A stretch of DNA of 64,000 bases, taken from contig CAJXEC010000001.1 in NCBI GenBank assembly GCA_913052165.1, positions 30,056 to 94,055 of the forward strand, in the 5' to 3' direction. The translations under genes were made by a program, and so were the position numbers. The DNA is from an uncultured Rhodospirillaceae bacterium (GTDB lineage Bacteria; Pseudomonadota; Alphaproteobacteria; MPNO01; UBA2964). Positions 1-9,352 of the stretch are shown in pieces. Each line of letters opens with the position of its first letter. Positions within the stretch are counted from its first letter, which is position 1. Under the pieces are notes generated by a model. It saw only the letters and a list, made by a program, of their open reading frames with translations. It was not told the DNA's origin and searched no databases.

Positions 1-790
1 CTTCTGGCTCGAATTCTTACATAGGGTGATGGGCAGGATTATCGGTGTTGCATTCGTGTTTCCATTCCTTTGGTTTCTCATTTCAAGGAAACTTACAGGC
101 GGTCTACTCCTAAAATGTTCGTTAATATTAGCTCTCGGATGTGTTCAAGGTTATATGGGCTGGTATATGGTTCAGTCGGGTTTGACAGAGCGGACAGATG
201 TGAGCCAGTACAGGCTAGCTGCGCACCTCGGCCTGGCAATGATTATATTTATGGCTCTACTGTGGCTTAGTTTGACTACCCTGTGGCCTGGCGAAAAAAG
301 AAAGCACCAACTTTCTAAAGTCACTCAAGTTTTTATCGTCATAGTTTTTACTACGACAATTGCTGGCGCCTTTGTGGCAGGGATCGACGCCGGCCTAGCT
401 TACAATACTTTTCCCCTGATGGATGACCGATATTTGCCAGAGGGATGGCTGCAAATGGAACCTGTCTGGCGAAACTTCTTTGAAAATACTGCCACAGTAC
501 AATTTATTCATCGCCATTTAGGAATGTTCGTTGTGATTTTCGCGATTTTCCTATGGGTCAGGGCTTGGCAGAAAAATTTAACGGGTCGGGCTAAGTGCGC
601 GGCAAATTTAGTGGCCATAATAGCTTTCATGCAAATGGGTTTAGGTATTACGACATTGCTTACAGAGGTTCCGTTAATATTTGGCCTCATGCATCAAGCA
701 GGCGCGCTATGCGTCATTAGTCTCTCAGTGTGGATGCTTTATGAGTTAACCACTGAGAGATGCAAATATTCAAAACTAGCAAAATTGTAG
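1..790 (+). CDS. ctaA: Heme A synthase (CtaA/COX15 family), 5'-truncated by window start
   Basis: Frame is open back to base 2 (FWLEFLHRV MGRIIG..., ExxHR motif). Multi-TM protein with a second HRHLG His motif, typical of type-2 heme A synthase. Stop at 790. Confidence 0.8.
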   Translation, partial: FWLEFLHRVMGRIIGVAFVFPFLWFLISRKLTGGLLLKCSLILALGCVQGYMGWYMVQSGLTERTDVSQYRLAAHLGLAMIIFMALLWLSLTTLWPGEKRKHQLSKVTQVFIVIVFTTTIAGAFVAGIDAGLAYNTFPLMDDRYLPEGWLQMEPVWRNFFENTATVQFIHRHLGMFVVIFAIFLWVRAWQKNLTGRAKCAANLVAIIAFMQMGLGITTLLTEVPLIFGLMHQAGALCVISLSVWMLYELTTERCKYSKLAKL

Positions 791-867
791 GGGCAATCTC
801 GAGTATTTGGGTTTACGTGCCTCAAAACAAGGCTTGACCCTAAAACCTCGCCTGATTAAAAGGTTGC

Positions 868-932
868 CTGAGAGTGGTGATTTGAGCCCGACCGGCTTGC
901 AGCCACGAAAAAAAAGTTGCTAAAAGGTCGGA
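868..932 (+). ncRNA. Candidate SAM-II-like riboswitch in the metZ 5' leader
   Basis: GUGGUGAUUUGAGCCCGACCGGCUUGCAGCCACGAAAAAAAAGUUGCUAAAAGG: GUGG/CCAC stem, GAUUU and GGCUUG loop elements, A-rich tail with GUUGC able to pair with loop GCAGC (pseudoknot). Lies upstream of a methionine-pathway gene, as SAM-II elements do in alphaproteobacteria. From memory of the consensus, not a covariance-model hit. Confidence 0.4.
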
Positions 933-941
933 GCCTGCGAG

Positions 942-969
942 CCCTGACTTTACTGGTCAGGGTTTTTTT
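942..969 (+). terminator. Intrinsic terminator: hairpin CCCTGAC-TTTACTG-GTCAGGG followed by T7
   Basis: Perfect 7-bp GC-rich stem with 7-nt loop followed directly by TTTTTTTG. Sits between the ctaA stop and the metZ start. It could terminate ctaA or act as the riboswitch expression platform. Confidence 0.7.
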
Positions 970-1007
970 GATTGCGGCGGCGAAGACCAACGGTCTTGGA
1001 GGTAAAA

Positions 1008-2201
1008 ATGAGTGGCGGTAATTACCAAAAAAATTGGCGATCTCAGACACGGTCGGTAAGAGGTGGGCTTAATAGAAGCCCGTTTGAAGAGACCTCTGAA
1101 GCGATTTACGCAACCTCAGGTTTTGTTTATCAAACCGCAGAGGATGCAGAAGCCGCGTTCAAAAATGAAATTGAGAGGTTCATCTACTCTCGGTACGGCA
1201 ATCCAACTGTCGAAACCTTCCAAGATCGTCTTGCTCTGATCGAAGGAGCAGAGGCTTGCAGAGCAACAGCCAGTGGGATGGGCGCCGTATTCGCATCTTT
1301 GGCATGTCAGGTTAAAGCGGGTGATCGTGTTGTGGCATCGCGTGCCCTGTTTGGCTCTTGCCAATATATCCTGACTGAAATTCTGCCCGGATTTGGCGTT
1401 GAGACGATCATCGTCGACGGGACCGATTTAGTTCAATGGGAGAAAGCTCTCTCGCTCCCTTGCAAAGCCGTGTTTCTTGAGACCCCCAGTAACCCAGGCC
1501 TGGAAATTATTGATCTTCCGAGAGTTTCTGAGATGGCACACGAAGCAGGGGCGTGTGTGGTGGTAGATAATGTTTTCGCAACGCCTCTACTGCAAAAACC
1601 TTTGCAACTTGGGGCGGATATCGTTGTCTACTCGGCAACTAAACATATTGACGGTCAGGGTCGCGTAATGGGCGGCGCTATACTGGGGTCTAAAGAATTT
1701 ATGGATATCTTATTGCCATTTTACCGGCACACGGGGCCATCTTTGAGCCCTTTTAATGCTTGGGTGTTGCTAAAAGGACTCGAGACACTGGAAATCCGGG
1801 TGGACCACCATTGCAAAAATGCAATGACCATCGCAAAATATCTCAGCGATCGAGATGATGTTACGCGAGTTCTGTATCCTGGGCTCAGCTCACATCCCCA
1901 ACACGCGTTAGCCAAGAAGCAAATGTCTGGATTCGGAACCGTTGTCTGCCTGGACCTCAACGAAGATAAGGAGCGAGCTTTTAAATTCATGAATGCCCTC
2001 AATTTAATCGATATCTCGAATAACTTGGGGGACGCAAAGAGCATCGTTACCCACCCCGCCACTACTACCCACCAACGCATCTCTGCGGAGGACAGAACCC
2101 ATTTGGGTATTTCGGATGGGTTTATCCGGCTGTCAGTTGGGCTTGAGGATGTAAGGGATTTGGAAGAGGATATAGATCAAGCTTTAAGTCAATCCATTTA
2201 A
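1008..2201 (+). CDS. metZ: O-succinylhomoserine sulfhydrylase / Cys-Met metabolism PLP-dependent enzyme
   Basis: Cys/Met gamma-family PLP fold: YSRYGNPT, SATKHIDGQG with the PLP Lys context, around 398 aa. GGAGG SD 5-9 nt upstream of the ATG at 1008. The longer ORF from 972 is probably an upstream in-frame extension. Confidence 0.8.
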   Translation: MSGGNYQKNWRSQTRSVRGGLNRSPFEETSEAIYATSGFVYQTAEDAEAAFKNEIERFIYSRYGNPTVETFQDRLALIEGAEACRATASGMGAVFASLACQVKAGDRVVASRALFGSCQYILTEILPGFGVETIIVDGTDLVQWEKALSLPCKAVFLETPSNPGLEIIDLPRVSEMAHEAGACVVVDNVFATPLLQKPLQLGADIVVYSATKHIDGQGRVMGGAILGSKEFMDILLPFYRHTGPSLSPFNAWVLLKGLETLEIRVDHHCKNAMTIAKYLSDRDDVTRVLYPGLSSHPQHALAKKQMSGFGTVVCLDLNEDKERAFKFMNALNLIDISNNLGDAKSIVTHPATTTHQRISAEDRTHLGISDGFIRLSVGLEDVRDLEEDIDQALSQSI

Positions 2202-2229
2202 ACAGTAAAAAAATAAAGAAAACTGAAAT

Positions 2230-2622
2230 ATGTATTCAGCAACAACCAAAGCCATCCGCGTGAGCGTGAAACCAATCTTTCTCGACGATCAATCAACCCC
2301 CTCGGAAGATCATTATGTATGGGCCTATCAGGTAACGATTGAAAATACGGGGAGCGGCACCGTACAACTTATAAATAGACACTGGCGAATCACAGATGCA
2401 CAGGGGCGGATGCAAGAGGTCAAGGGAGAGGGTGTTGTGGGAGAGCAACCGCGCCTCGGACCCGGGCAGCTATTTGAATACACGAGCGGAACGCCCCTCA
2501 CTACACCCTCAGGGTTAATGATGGGATCTTACGAGATGGAAGACGAACGAGGACAAAGATTTGACATTGATATCCCCGCATTTTCCCTTGATAGTCCTTA
2601 CCAAGCGAGACAACTGAACTAG
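2230..2622 (+). CDS. apaG: ApaG (DUF525) protein
   Basis: 130 aa. Typical ApaG sequence: IRVSVKPIFLDDQS...YQVTIENTG...GEGVVGEQP.L.PG..F.YTSG. Confidence 0.8.
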   Translation: MYSATTKAIRVSVKPIFLDDQSTPSEDHYVWAYQVTIENTGSGTVQLINRHWRITDAQGRMQEVKGEGVVGEQPRLGPGQLFEYTSGTPLTTPSGLMMGSYEMEDERGQRFDIDIPAFSLDSPYQARQLN

Positions 2623-2655
2623 AGAGCCGAAAGGCGATGGTGAACGGAGGATCAC

Positions 2656-3207
2656 TTGGCAACAGAGAAAAAAGACATCGGTCTCTCAAAAACGCTCAAA
2701 TTACCAAAATACGTAACGAGAGAAGAGGCCGAGGACGCAGTCAGAGTTCTCCTCAGATGGGCGGGCGAGGATCCAAAACGAGAGGGCCTGATTGATACTC
2801 CAAGCCGTTACGTAAAAGCGTTTAAAGAGTGGTTCGCTGGATACGAAAACGATCCTGTGGAAATACTTTCTAGAACTTTCGATGAAGTGGAAGGTTACGA
2901 TGAAATGGTTGTCCTCCGGAATGTTCGCTTTGAGTCTCATTGTGAACACCATATTGCGCCAATCATAGGCAATGCTGATGTGGCGTATCTGCCGGACAAA
3001 AGAGTGGTGGGAATCAGCAAGCTTGCTCGCCTGGTAGACCTCTACTCCAAACGTCTGCGAATCCAAGAGCGTTTTACTGCGCAAATTGCAACGACTTTGA
3101 ACAATGTATTACAGCATAAGGGTGTCGGCGTCGTGGTTGAGGCCAGCCATGGATGCATGACCACGCGTGGGATAGAAAAAACTGGTCTTACCATGGTGAC
3201 CAGTTAA
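2656..3207 (+). CDS. folE: GTP cyclohydrolase I
   Basis: ESHCEHH and ...HGCM motifs of FolE, about 183 aa. TTG start per the ORF track. Confidence 0.85.
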   Translation: MATEKKDIGLSKTLKLPKYVTREEAEDAVRVLLRWAGEDPKREGLIDTPSRYVKAFKEWFAGYENDPVEILSRTFDEVEGYDEMVVLRNVRFESHCEHHIAPIIGNADVAYLPDKRVVGISKLARLVDLYSKRLRIQERFTAQIATTLNNVLQHKGVGVVVEASHGCMTTRGIEKTGLTMVTS

Positions 3208-3317
3208 ATGATGGGAGCATTTAGAGAGGACTCTGCAACCCGGAGAGAGTTTTTAGCTGCCATTGGAAACCCCACCTCCGGTCCGGGAAATATCATCTAA
3301 TTTTTACGTAGGGTCCT

Positions 3318-4766
3318 ATGTTAGACTTCCGACCAGCACTTTTCGTTATAGGAATACTTTTGGTCACTCTTGCAGTCGCCATGTTAGCCCCCTTTGCGGT
3401 CGATTTAGCAGCAGGTAATAACGATTGGAAGGTGTTTGCGAGTGCTGGACTTCTTACCCTTTTTGTCGGCGGCGTTCTCATGCTCGCCAATAGATCCTCC
3501 ATATCCCAACTAACAATCCGACAAACCTTTATTCTAACCACAGCTAGCTGGCTGATACTAACAATGTTCGCCGCCCTGCCATTTCTGCTTTCTGAGCTGG
3601 AAATGACTTATACAGATGCCTTTTTTGAGGCAATGTCAGGGATTACAACAACCGGTTCCACGGTCATAACCAGAATTGATGCAGCTCCAGAAGGTATTTT
3701 ACTATGGCGTGCCTTACTTCAATGGTTGGGCGGGATTGGCATTATTGTTATGGCCGTTGCCGTTTTACCCATGCTGAGAGTTGGAGGTATGCAACTTTTT
3801 AAAGTTGAGGCTTTCGATACTCTGGAGAAAGGCTTGCCGCGGGCTGGGCAAATAGCAGTTGGCATCGGAGTAATTTATTTGGGGTTCACCTTGGTATGGT
3901 GGGTGGGGCTTTGGACGCTAGGAATGGGCAAGTTCGACGCTGCCGTCCACGCCATGACCACAATTGCGACGGGCGGATACTCCAGCGCTGATGGATCCAT
4001 TGGATCTTTCAAAAGCCACGGAATAGAGATTTTCATTATCGTTGGTATGATTGTTGGCTCCATACCATTTATTCTCTATTTGCAGTTTGTCCGAAATGGC
4101 GCCTACACCTTATTTAAGGACACGCAAGTCCACTATTTCATAGCGATAGCAGCGCTTGGATCTCTGCTAGTAGTGACTTGGTTGTGGAAAACTCAAGATG
4201 ATTTTTCACTATCAACTGTCATAATGGGAACATTTAACACGATTTCGATAATGACTGGCACTGGATATACGGTTGGCGATTACCAAGTTTGGGGAGCGTT
4301 CCCTCTAATAATTCTTTTTTTTCTTATGTTTGTCGGCGGGTGTGCGGGTTCTACTTCATGCGGAATTAAAATTTTTCGTTTTCAAGTCTTAGGAGCTATC
4401 GTGCGTAACCAATTTTTGAAGATGCTCCACCCACATGGCATTTTTTTGCCACATTACAATCATCGGCCGATTGACAATGAAATTATCCTCTCAGTGATGA
4501 ATTTCTTTTATCTGTTTATGCTCTCATTTGTAGTTTTAGCCCTAGCTTTAGGGGCGCTAGGCCTCGATTACATGACTGCGATCACGGGTGCTGCTACGGC
4601 AATATGCAACGTGGGGCCGGCAATGGGTCCGATAATTGGTCCCGCCGGCACCTTTGAACCTCTTCCAGACGCAGCCAAATGGTTATTATCAGCGGGAATG
4701 CTCTTAGGTCGACTGGAACTTTTTACAGTTTTAATGCTGTTGGTCCCCTCCTTCTGGCGAAACTAA
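3318..4766 (+). CDS. trkH: TrkH-family potassium uptake membrane protein
   Basis: 482 aa polytopic membrane protein with repeated M-P-loop-like segments (SGITTTGST, GTGYTVGD, GGCAGSTSCGIK) characteristic of TrkH/KtrB. Confidence 0.8.
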   Translation: MLDFRPALFVIGILLVTLAVAMLAPFAVDLAAGNNDWKVFASAGLLTLFVGGVLMLANRSSISQLTIRQTFILTTASWLILTMFAALPFLLSELEMTYTDAFFEAMSGITTTGSTVITRIDAAPEGILLWRALLQWLGGIGIIVMAVAVLPMLRVGGMQLFKVEAFDTLEKGLPRAGQIAVGIGVIYLGFTLVWWVGLWTLGMGKFDAAVHAMTTIATGGYSSADGSIGSFKSHGIEIFIIVGMIVGSIPFILYLQFVRNGAYTLFKDTQVHYFIAIAALGSLLVVTWLWKTQDDFSLSTVIMGTFNTISIMTGTGYTVGDYQVWGAFPLIILFFLMFVGGCAGSTSCGIKIFRFQVLGAIVRNQFLKMLHPHGIFLPHYNHRPIDNEIILSVMNFFYLFMLSFVVLALALGALGLDYMTAITGAATAICNVGPAMGPIIGPAGTFEPLPDAAKWLLSAGMLLGRLELFTVLMLLVPSFWRN

Positions 4767-4797
4767 TCAGCAGTAGGCAACCAAAATCTGCTTCTAG

Positions 4798-5403
4798 TTA
4801 ACGCCTCCAGATTACAAAATGTTTTGAAATTTGTCTCTCTAATGCTGCATTCAGATCGTTCATCATCGCTTCAGTGATCCTGAACCAAATCTCTTCTCTT
4901 TCAGATAAAGTGCTATCCTCTGCCACCGTCTTCGAGCGGACCGCCCGAGAGGACACCATCGCACGACGTCTTCCATTTGGGTCAATAATTTCTAGGACAA
5001 TCTCAAGTTCGCCGTCATATCTCTCTGATTGATCAACCAAGAAGGCACCCTTGAGGCCAGGCGTTCTTGGCAGTTCGACCTCGACAACGCTTCCCCGTGT
5101 CACTGTAGCGCGCAGGCTGTCAGTGCCCCCTGAGGGCCGGATACGATCCTCAAGCCAATTAGAAGCTGCTTTCGTGGGGACAATCGGAAACTTGTGCTCC
5201 ACATTGGGTATCCGTTTCGGAGAGACATAACTGACGTTTATTTCGACAGAATTTACCGCAAGGCTTATTGGCTTAAAATGACTGTAACGTAAATTTGGGA
5301 ATATCTCTCTGGGTGGTGTGTTGACACATCCCGAAGATATAAAAAAGAAAGTGAGTAAAAGTAGAAGAAAACGATCAAAAGATTTCATAACGACTCCGAT
5401 CAA
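4798..5403 (-). CDS. Hypothetical lipoprotein (signal peptide plus lipobox Cys); probable true start near 5388
   Basis: N-terminus MKSFDRFLLLLLTFFFISSGC is a lipoprotein signal. I recognise no domain in the rest. Confidence 0.5.
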   Translation of the reverse strand: MIGVVMKSFDRFLLLLLTFFFISSGCVNTPPREIFPNLRYSHFKPISLAVNSVEINVSYVSPKRIPNVEHKFPIVPTKAASNWLEDRIRPSGGTDSLRATVTRGSVVEVELPRTPGLKGAFLVDQSERYDGELEIVLEIIDPNGRRRAMVSSRAVRSKTVAEDSTLSEREEIWFRITEAMMNDLNAALERQISKHFVIWRR

Positions 5404-5452
5404 AAAATGGGGAATTCAAAACGCCGCGTGTAATCTTCTGTGCAACTACATT

Positions 5453-6388
5453 TTATTGAGAAATACAGTCAATTTGATCGAGTCTAAATTGATATTCGTG
5501 ATTGCAGAATTCACAATGTACTAAAATTTTATCGTCAACGATCATTTTTTCGAGCTCTGCATCTGGGAAACTGTTCAGAACCTGTTCTACTCTATCCTTG
5601 GAACACCGACAATTCATTTGAAGTGACTCAAAAGGAAATACTCTTACGCCATCTTCATTGAATAGCCGATACAAAAGATCGTGAGGATGTACTTCCAAGG
5701 ATAAAAGCTCCTTCTCCGTCACACTTCGCATCATTATTTTAGCCCGTTTCCATGACTCAGCAGTATTATCGAGGTCATTTTCTCCAGATTGAACTTGATA
5801 TCCCCGCGTCTCGAGATGCTGGAGCATTAATCCACCACCCCTCCAAGCTCCCCCGACGCGCCCCACAGCAACCATAAATTTGGCCTCGGACTGAACAGAT
5901 TGTTTGAAATAAGTCTCCGCACATTCCGCCAAGATGCACCCTTCAAGTGGCACAATTCCCTGATATGGACGAGCTGAGTCACCATAAACCAGATTAACTA
6001 CCAGGCGCCCAGAACCAAAAAAGTCAGGTATTTCCGGGGTTTTCTTGGAGATCCCTTGACCCGATAACTTTTCGATTTGGGCCTCATCAAAACGTGCATA
6101 CCCGCGAATATTACCATCATGGGTTAAATCAACAACCAATAGCCGTATAGCCTCTTCGCCGTAAGCCTGGATCGTCAGCACACCCTCACGCTTTAAAGTG
6201 CCAGATAGTATCGCACCAAGAACAATAAACTCGCCTAATAGCCGGGCAACTGAGTCTGGGTAATTGTGAGCCGATAATATTTCGTTGAGGGCAGAACCAA
6301 GTCGAACCAAACGGCCCTGTGCCGCCATCGACTCTACCTGGAAAGGTTGGACAAGATTGTCCGGGGCTTTCATCAGGAAAGGCACCAC
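5453..6388 (-). CDS. hslO: Hsp33 redox-regulated chaperonin
   Basis: About 311 aa with a C-terminal zinc centre C-x-C ... C-x-x-C (CRCSKD ... CEFCNHEY), diagnostic of Hsp33. Confidence 0.8.
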   Translation of the reverse strand: MVPFLMKAPDNLVQPFQVESMAAQGRLVRLGSALNEILSAHNYPDSVARLLGEFIVLGAILSGTLKREGVLTIQAYGEEAIRLLVVDLTHDGNIRGYARFDEAQIEKLSGQGISKKTPEIPDFFGSGRLVVNLVYGDSARPYQGIVPLEGCILAECAETYFKQSVQSEAKFMVAVGRVGGAWRGGGLMLQHLETRGYQVQSGENDLDNTAESWKRAKIMMRSVTEKELLSLEVHPHDLLYRLFNEDGVRVFPFESLQMNCRCSKDRVEQVLNSFPDAELEKMIVDDKILVHCEFCNHEYQFRLDQIDCISQ

Positions 6389-7278
6389 ATTAAAAGCCCT
6401 TTCTGCGCATGCAAACGATTTTCGGCCTCATCCCAAACAACAGATTGGACGCCTTCTAAAACGCTCGCTTCTACCTCCTCCCCACGATGCGCGGGGAGGC
6501 AATGCATAAAAATTGCTTCGGGGGACGCATGCCTCATTAAACTTTGACAAACCCTAAACGGTTCCAAAATCTTTAACCTGCTTGACGCACCTTCACCTCC
6601 CATTGAGACCCAAGTATCCGTAACTACGCAGTCTGCGTCTTTAACCGCCGAGATGGGATCATTAGACACAAAGATTTGAGCCCCGTGCTCTTTGGCGTAT
6701 GAAACGTCCTCTTCGTCCAAACTAAGTTCATTTGGACAAGCCAATCTCAATTCAAAACCAAATAAGGTAGCGGCCTGCAACCAGGTAAGAGCCATATTGT
6801 TTCCATCACCGCACCAGGCTATGCAGGCATCACCGATTGGCCCAATGTGTTCCTCATAAGTCATTATATCTGCAAGCAATTGAACCGGATGGGACCGATC
6901 CGTGAGCCCATTTATAACAGGAACGGTAGAATATTCTGCTAACTCGTAGAGTTTTTTGGGTTCGTCAGTACGCAACATGATAACGTCGACGTAACGACTC
7001 AAAACGCGCGCTGTGTCGGCTATGGTTTCACCGCGACCAATCTGCAATTCATTCGCATTAAGTACTATTACCTCTCCCCCAAGTTGCTTCATTCCAACTT
7101 CAAAAGAGACTCTAGTTCGCGTAGACGGTTTTTCAAAAATCATCGCAAGCGTCTTTGCTTGCAAAGGATGGCTCTTCCTGACCCGGGACTTTAAGTCTGT
7201 GCTTAGATCAAGTATGGTTCTTAATTGGGCTACAGAAAATTGGTCTAATTCCAAAAAATGCTTTGGCTGAGCCATCAA
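6373..7278 (-). CDS. argF: Ornithine carbamoyltransferase
   Basis: STRTRVSFE carbamoyl-phosphate motif and HCLPA ornithine-binding motif, 301 aa. Its 3' end overlaps the hslO start by 16 bp. Confidence 0.9.
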   Translation of the reverse strand: MMAQPKHFLELDQFSVAQLRTILDLSTDLKSRVRKSHPLQAKTLAMIFEKPSTRTRVSFEVGMKQLGGEVIVLNANELQIGRGETIADTARVLSRYVDVIMLRTDEPKKLYELAEYSTVPVINGLTDRSHPVQLLADIMTYEEHIGPIGDACIAWCGDGNNMALTWLQAATLFGFELRLACPNELSLDEEDVSYAKEHGAQIFVSNDPISAVKDADCVVTDTWVSMGGEGASSRLKILEPFRVCQSLMRHASPEAIFMHCLPAHRGEEVEASVLEGVQSVVWDEAENRLHAQKGLLMWCLS

Positions 7279-8450
7279 GTTAACGCCTTGAACGCATCAG
7301 AAATCATCTCCAACGCCTCGTCTACATGGTTTTGATCAATTATCAACGGCGGCAATAAACGAACAACGTTATCTCCCGCAGGCACAGTCAGCAAGCCATG
7401 GTTCCGAAAAGCCGTCACCAACTCCCCAGCCGGAACAATAGCTTTTATCCCTACCATCAAGCCTGCTCCACGAACCTCTTCAACCAAATTTGGATAATTT
7501 TGATAACACTGCGTAATCCTGGTTCGAAGCTCGACACCTCGCTCGACGCAATTTTTAAGTAATCCCTCTTCTTGAATAATGTCCAGGACTTTGCAGGCTA
7601 CAGACATAGCCAAAGGATTACCCCCGAAGGTGCTGCCATGGGTCCCAGCTGTCATACCAGCAGCCGCTTTTGCTGAGGCCAAACATGCTCCAACTGGAAA
7701 CCCGCCACCCAAACCCTTTGCAATCGCGACAACATCAGGGTTCACATCAGCTCCCTGATGAGAGAATAAATACCCGGTCCTTCCAATCCCCGTCTGAACT
7801 TCATCAAAAAATAAAAGTAAATCAAATTCGTCGCATAATTCTCGAAGGTAAGCCAAAAATTCCCTTTCTGCGGGTCTTATTCCGCCTTCTCCCTGAATAG
7901 GTTCGACCAGAATAGCGGCTGTCTCTTTTGTAACGGCTGCCCTTACCTTTTCGGAGTTGCCAAAAGGTACAATGTCAAAACCATTAACCATCGGGCCAAA
8001 ACCAGCTTTGTGCGCATCGTTCGCAGCAGCTGATATCGTCGCTAATGTCCTTCCGTGAAAGCTTCCACCGAATGTAATTACTCGGAAACGCTCCGGACGT
8101 CCTGAGTAACTCTGATATTTCCTAACTAATTTTAGACCTGCTTCAACTGCCTCAGCACCCGAATTACAGAAGAATACTAAGTCAGCAAAACTGTTAGCCG
8201 TAAGTTTTCCAGCCAAATTTTCTTGCATTGGTATGCGATACAGATTGGAACAATGCCATAATTTTTCTGATTGATCGGAGAGCGTTTGGATCAACGCGGG
8301 ATGACAATGCCCAAGAGAATTAACAGCAATACCTGAACCAAAATCGAGAAAACGCCGTCCGTCCTTAGTAAATAAATAAGGGCCTTCTCCGCGTTCAAAG
8401 GCAAGATCAATGCTTGCATAGGTAGGCATGACATCGGAAATCACGCTCAT
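7275..8450 (-). CDS. argD: Acetylornithine aminotransferase (class III PLP aminotransferase)
   Basis: Class-III aminotransferase fold (GIAVNSLGHCHP, DEVQTGIGRTG), about 391 aa. Immediately upstream of argF with a 4-bp overlap. Confidence 0.85.
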   Translation of the reverse strand: MSVISDVMPTYASIDLAFERGEGPYLFTKDGRRFLDFGSGIAVNSLGHCHPALIQTLSDQSEKLWHCSNLYRIPMQENLAGKLTANSFADLVFFCNSGAEAVEAGLKLVRKYQSYSGRPERFRVITFGGSFHGRTLATISAAANDAHKAGFGPMVNGFDIVPFGNSEKVRAAVTKETAAILVEPIQGEGGIRPAEREFLAYLRELCDEFDLLLFFDEVQTGIGRTGYLFSHQGADVNPDVVAIAKGLGGGFPVGACLASAKAAAGMTAGTHGSTFGGNPLAMSVACKVLDIIQEEGLLKNCVERGVELRTRITQCYQNYPNLVEEVRGAGLMVGIKAIVPAGELVTAFRNHGLLTVPAGDNVVRLLPPLIIDQNHVDEALEMISDAFKALT

Positions 8451-8536
8451 TCTCCGGTTTCAACATTTAAAACAGGCGACTTATTAAAGGCCGCGAGATT
8501 TAGGCCCCCATGACTGACTTGTCAACGAAATCATTC

Positions 8537-9331
8537 CTACGATTTCAGTTTATATCCCTGAGAAACGAGGCGATAGCATAAAAACCACAACACAAAATTC
8601 AATAGTATTACATAGAATAGCCCAAACCCTAACTCAGCATCGTGGTGACCAATAAAACCATACCGGAAGCCATCAATCATGTAAAAAAAAGGGTTTATCA
8701 TTGCTAAGTTCTGCCAATGGTCAGGCAGACGTTCAATCGAATAAAAGGTACCAGATAAAAATGACAATGGTGTAATGATAAAATTACTAATAGCGGCCTG
8801 GTGATCAAATTTATCTGCCCAAATCCCGATAATTAAACCTAGCATAGACATCACACCTGCAGCACAAATCACATACAGCATTATAAAAATTATATTGTGC
8901 AGTCTCATATCCACAAAAAACAACATTGCAACTCCAACGCACAAAGCAACCAAAACACCCCGAACCACGCCCCCGCATATAAAACCCAACATAAATTCTC
9001 CAGGCGTGAGAGGAGGTAACATTACGTCCACGATATTACCTTGTATTTTTGAGACCATGACTGAACTAACGGTGTTATTAAAAGCATTTTGAATTATAGC
9101 CATCATTATCAAACCAGGCGCCAAAAATTCCATAAAGGCCACCCCGCCTATCTCTTGCACCGACCGACCTAAAGCGAGTGAAAAAATCGCCAAGAACATA
9201 AGGCTTGTAATTACCGGAGCCGCAAGAGTTTGCAGACCAACTTTTAAAAACCTCTGAACCTCTTTGCCTATATGGGTTCTCAGTCCAAGCCAATTTACAA
9301 GCCCAAATTCTCTGGGAAGACGTAAAGCCAT
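8537..9331 (-). CDS. ABC-2 type transporter permease
   Basis: 264 aa, 6 predicted TM, ABC-2 (NodJ/YadH-like) permease pattern. No adjacent ATPase gene. Confidence 0.65.
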   Translation of the reverse strand: MALRLPREFGLVNWLGLRTHIGKEVQRFLKVGLQTLAAPVITSLMFLAIFSLALGRSVQEIGGVAFMEFLAPGLIMMAIIQNAFNNTVSSVMVSKIQGNIVDVMLPPLTPGEFMLGFICGGVVRGVLVALCVGVAMLFFVDMRLHNIIFIMLYVICAAGVMSMLGLIIGIWADKFDHQAAISNFIITPLSFLSGTFYSIERLPDHWQNLAMINPFFYMIDGFRYGFIGHHDAELGFGLFYVILLNFVLWFLCYRLVSQGYKLKS

Positions 9332-9352
9332 GATCTACCTACTTCCGCCTCG

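Noticed and set aside
972-1007. Alternative metZ start at 972 (MRRRRPTVLEVK...)
   Set aside because: The GGAGG SD sits directly before ATG 1008 and the 972 start would lie inside the terminator T-tract region, so 1008 is preferred.
3232-3290. CCGGAG...CTCCGG inverted repeat in the folE-trkH spacer
   Set aside because: The loop is very long (about 38 nt) and there is no T-tract. It is probably not a terminator or riboswitch and is left unannotated.
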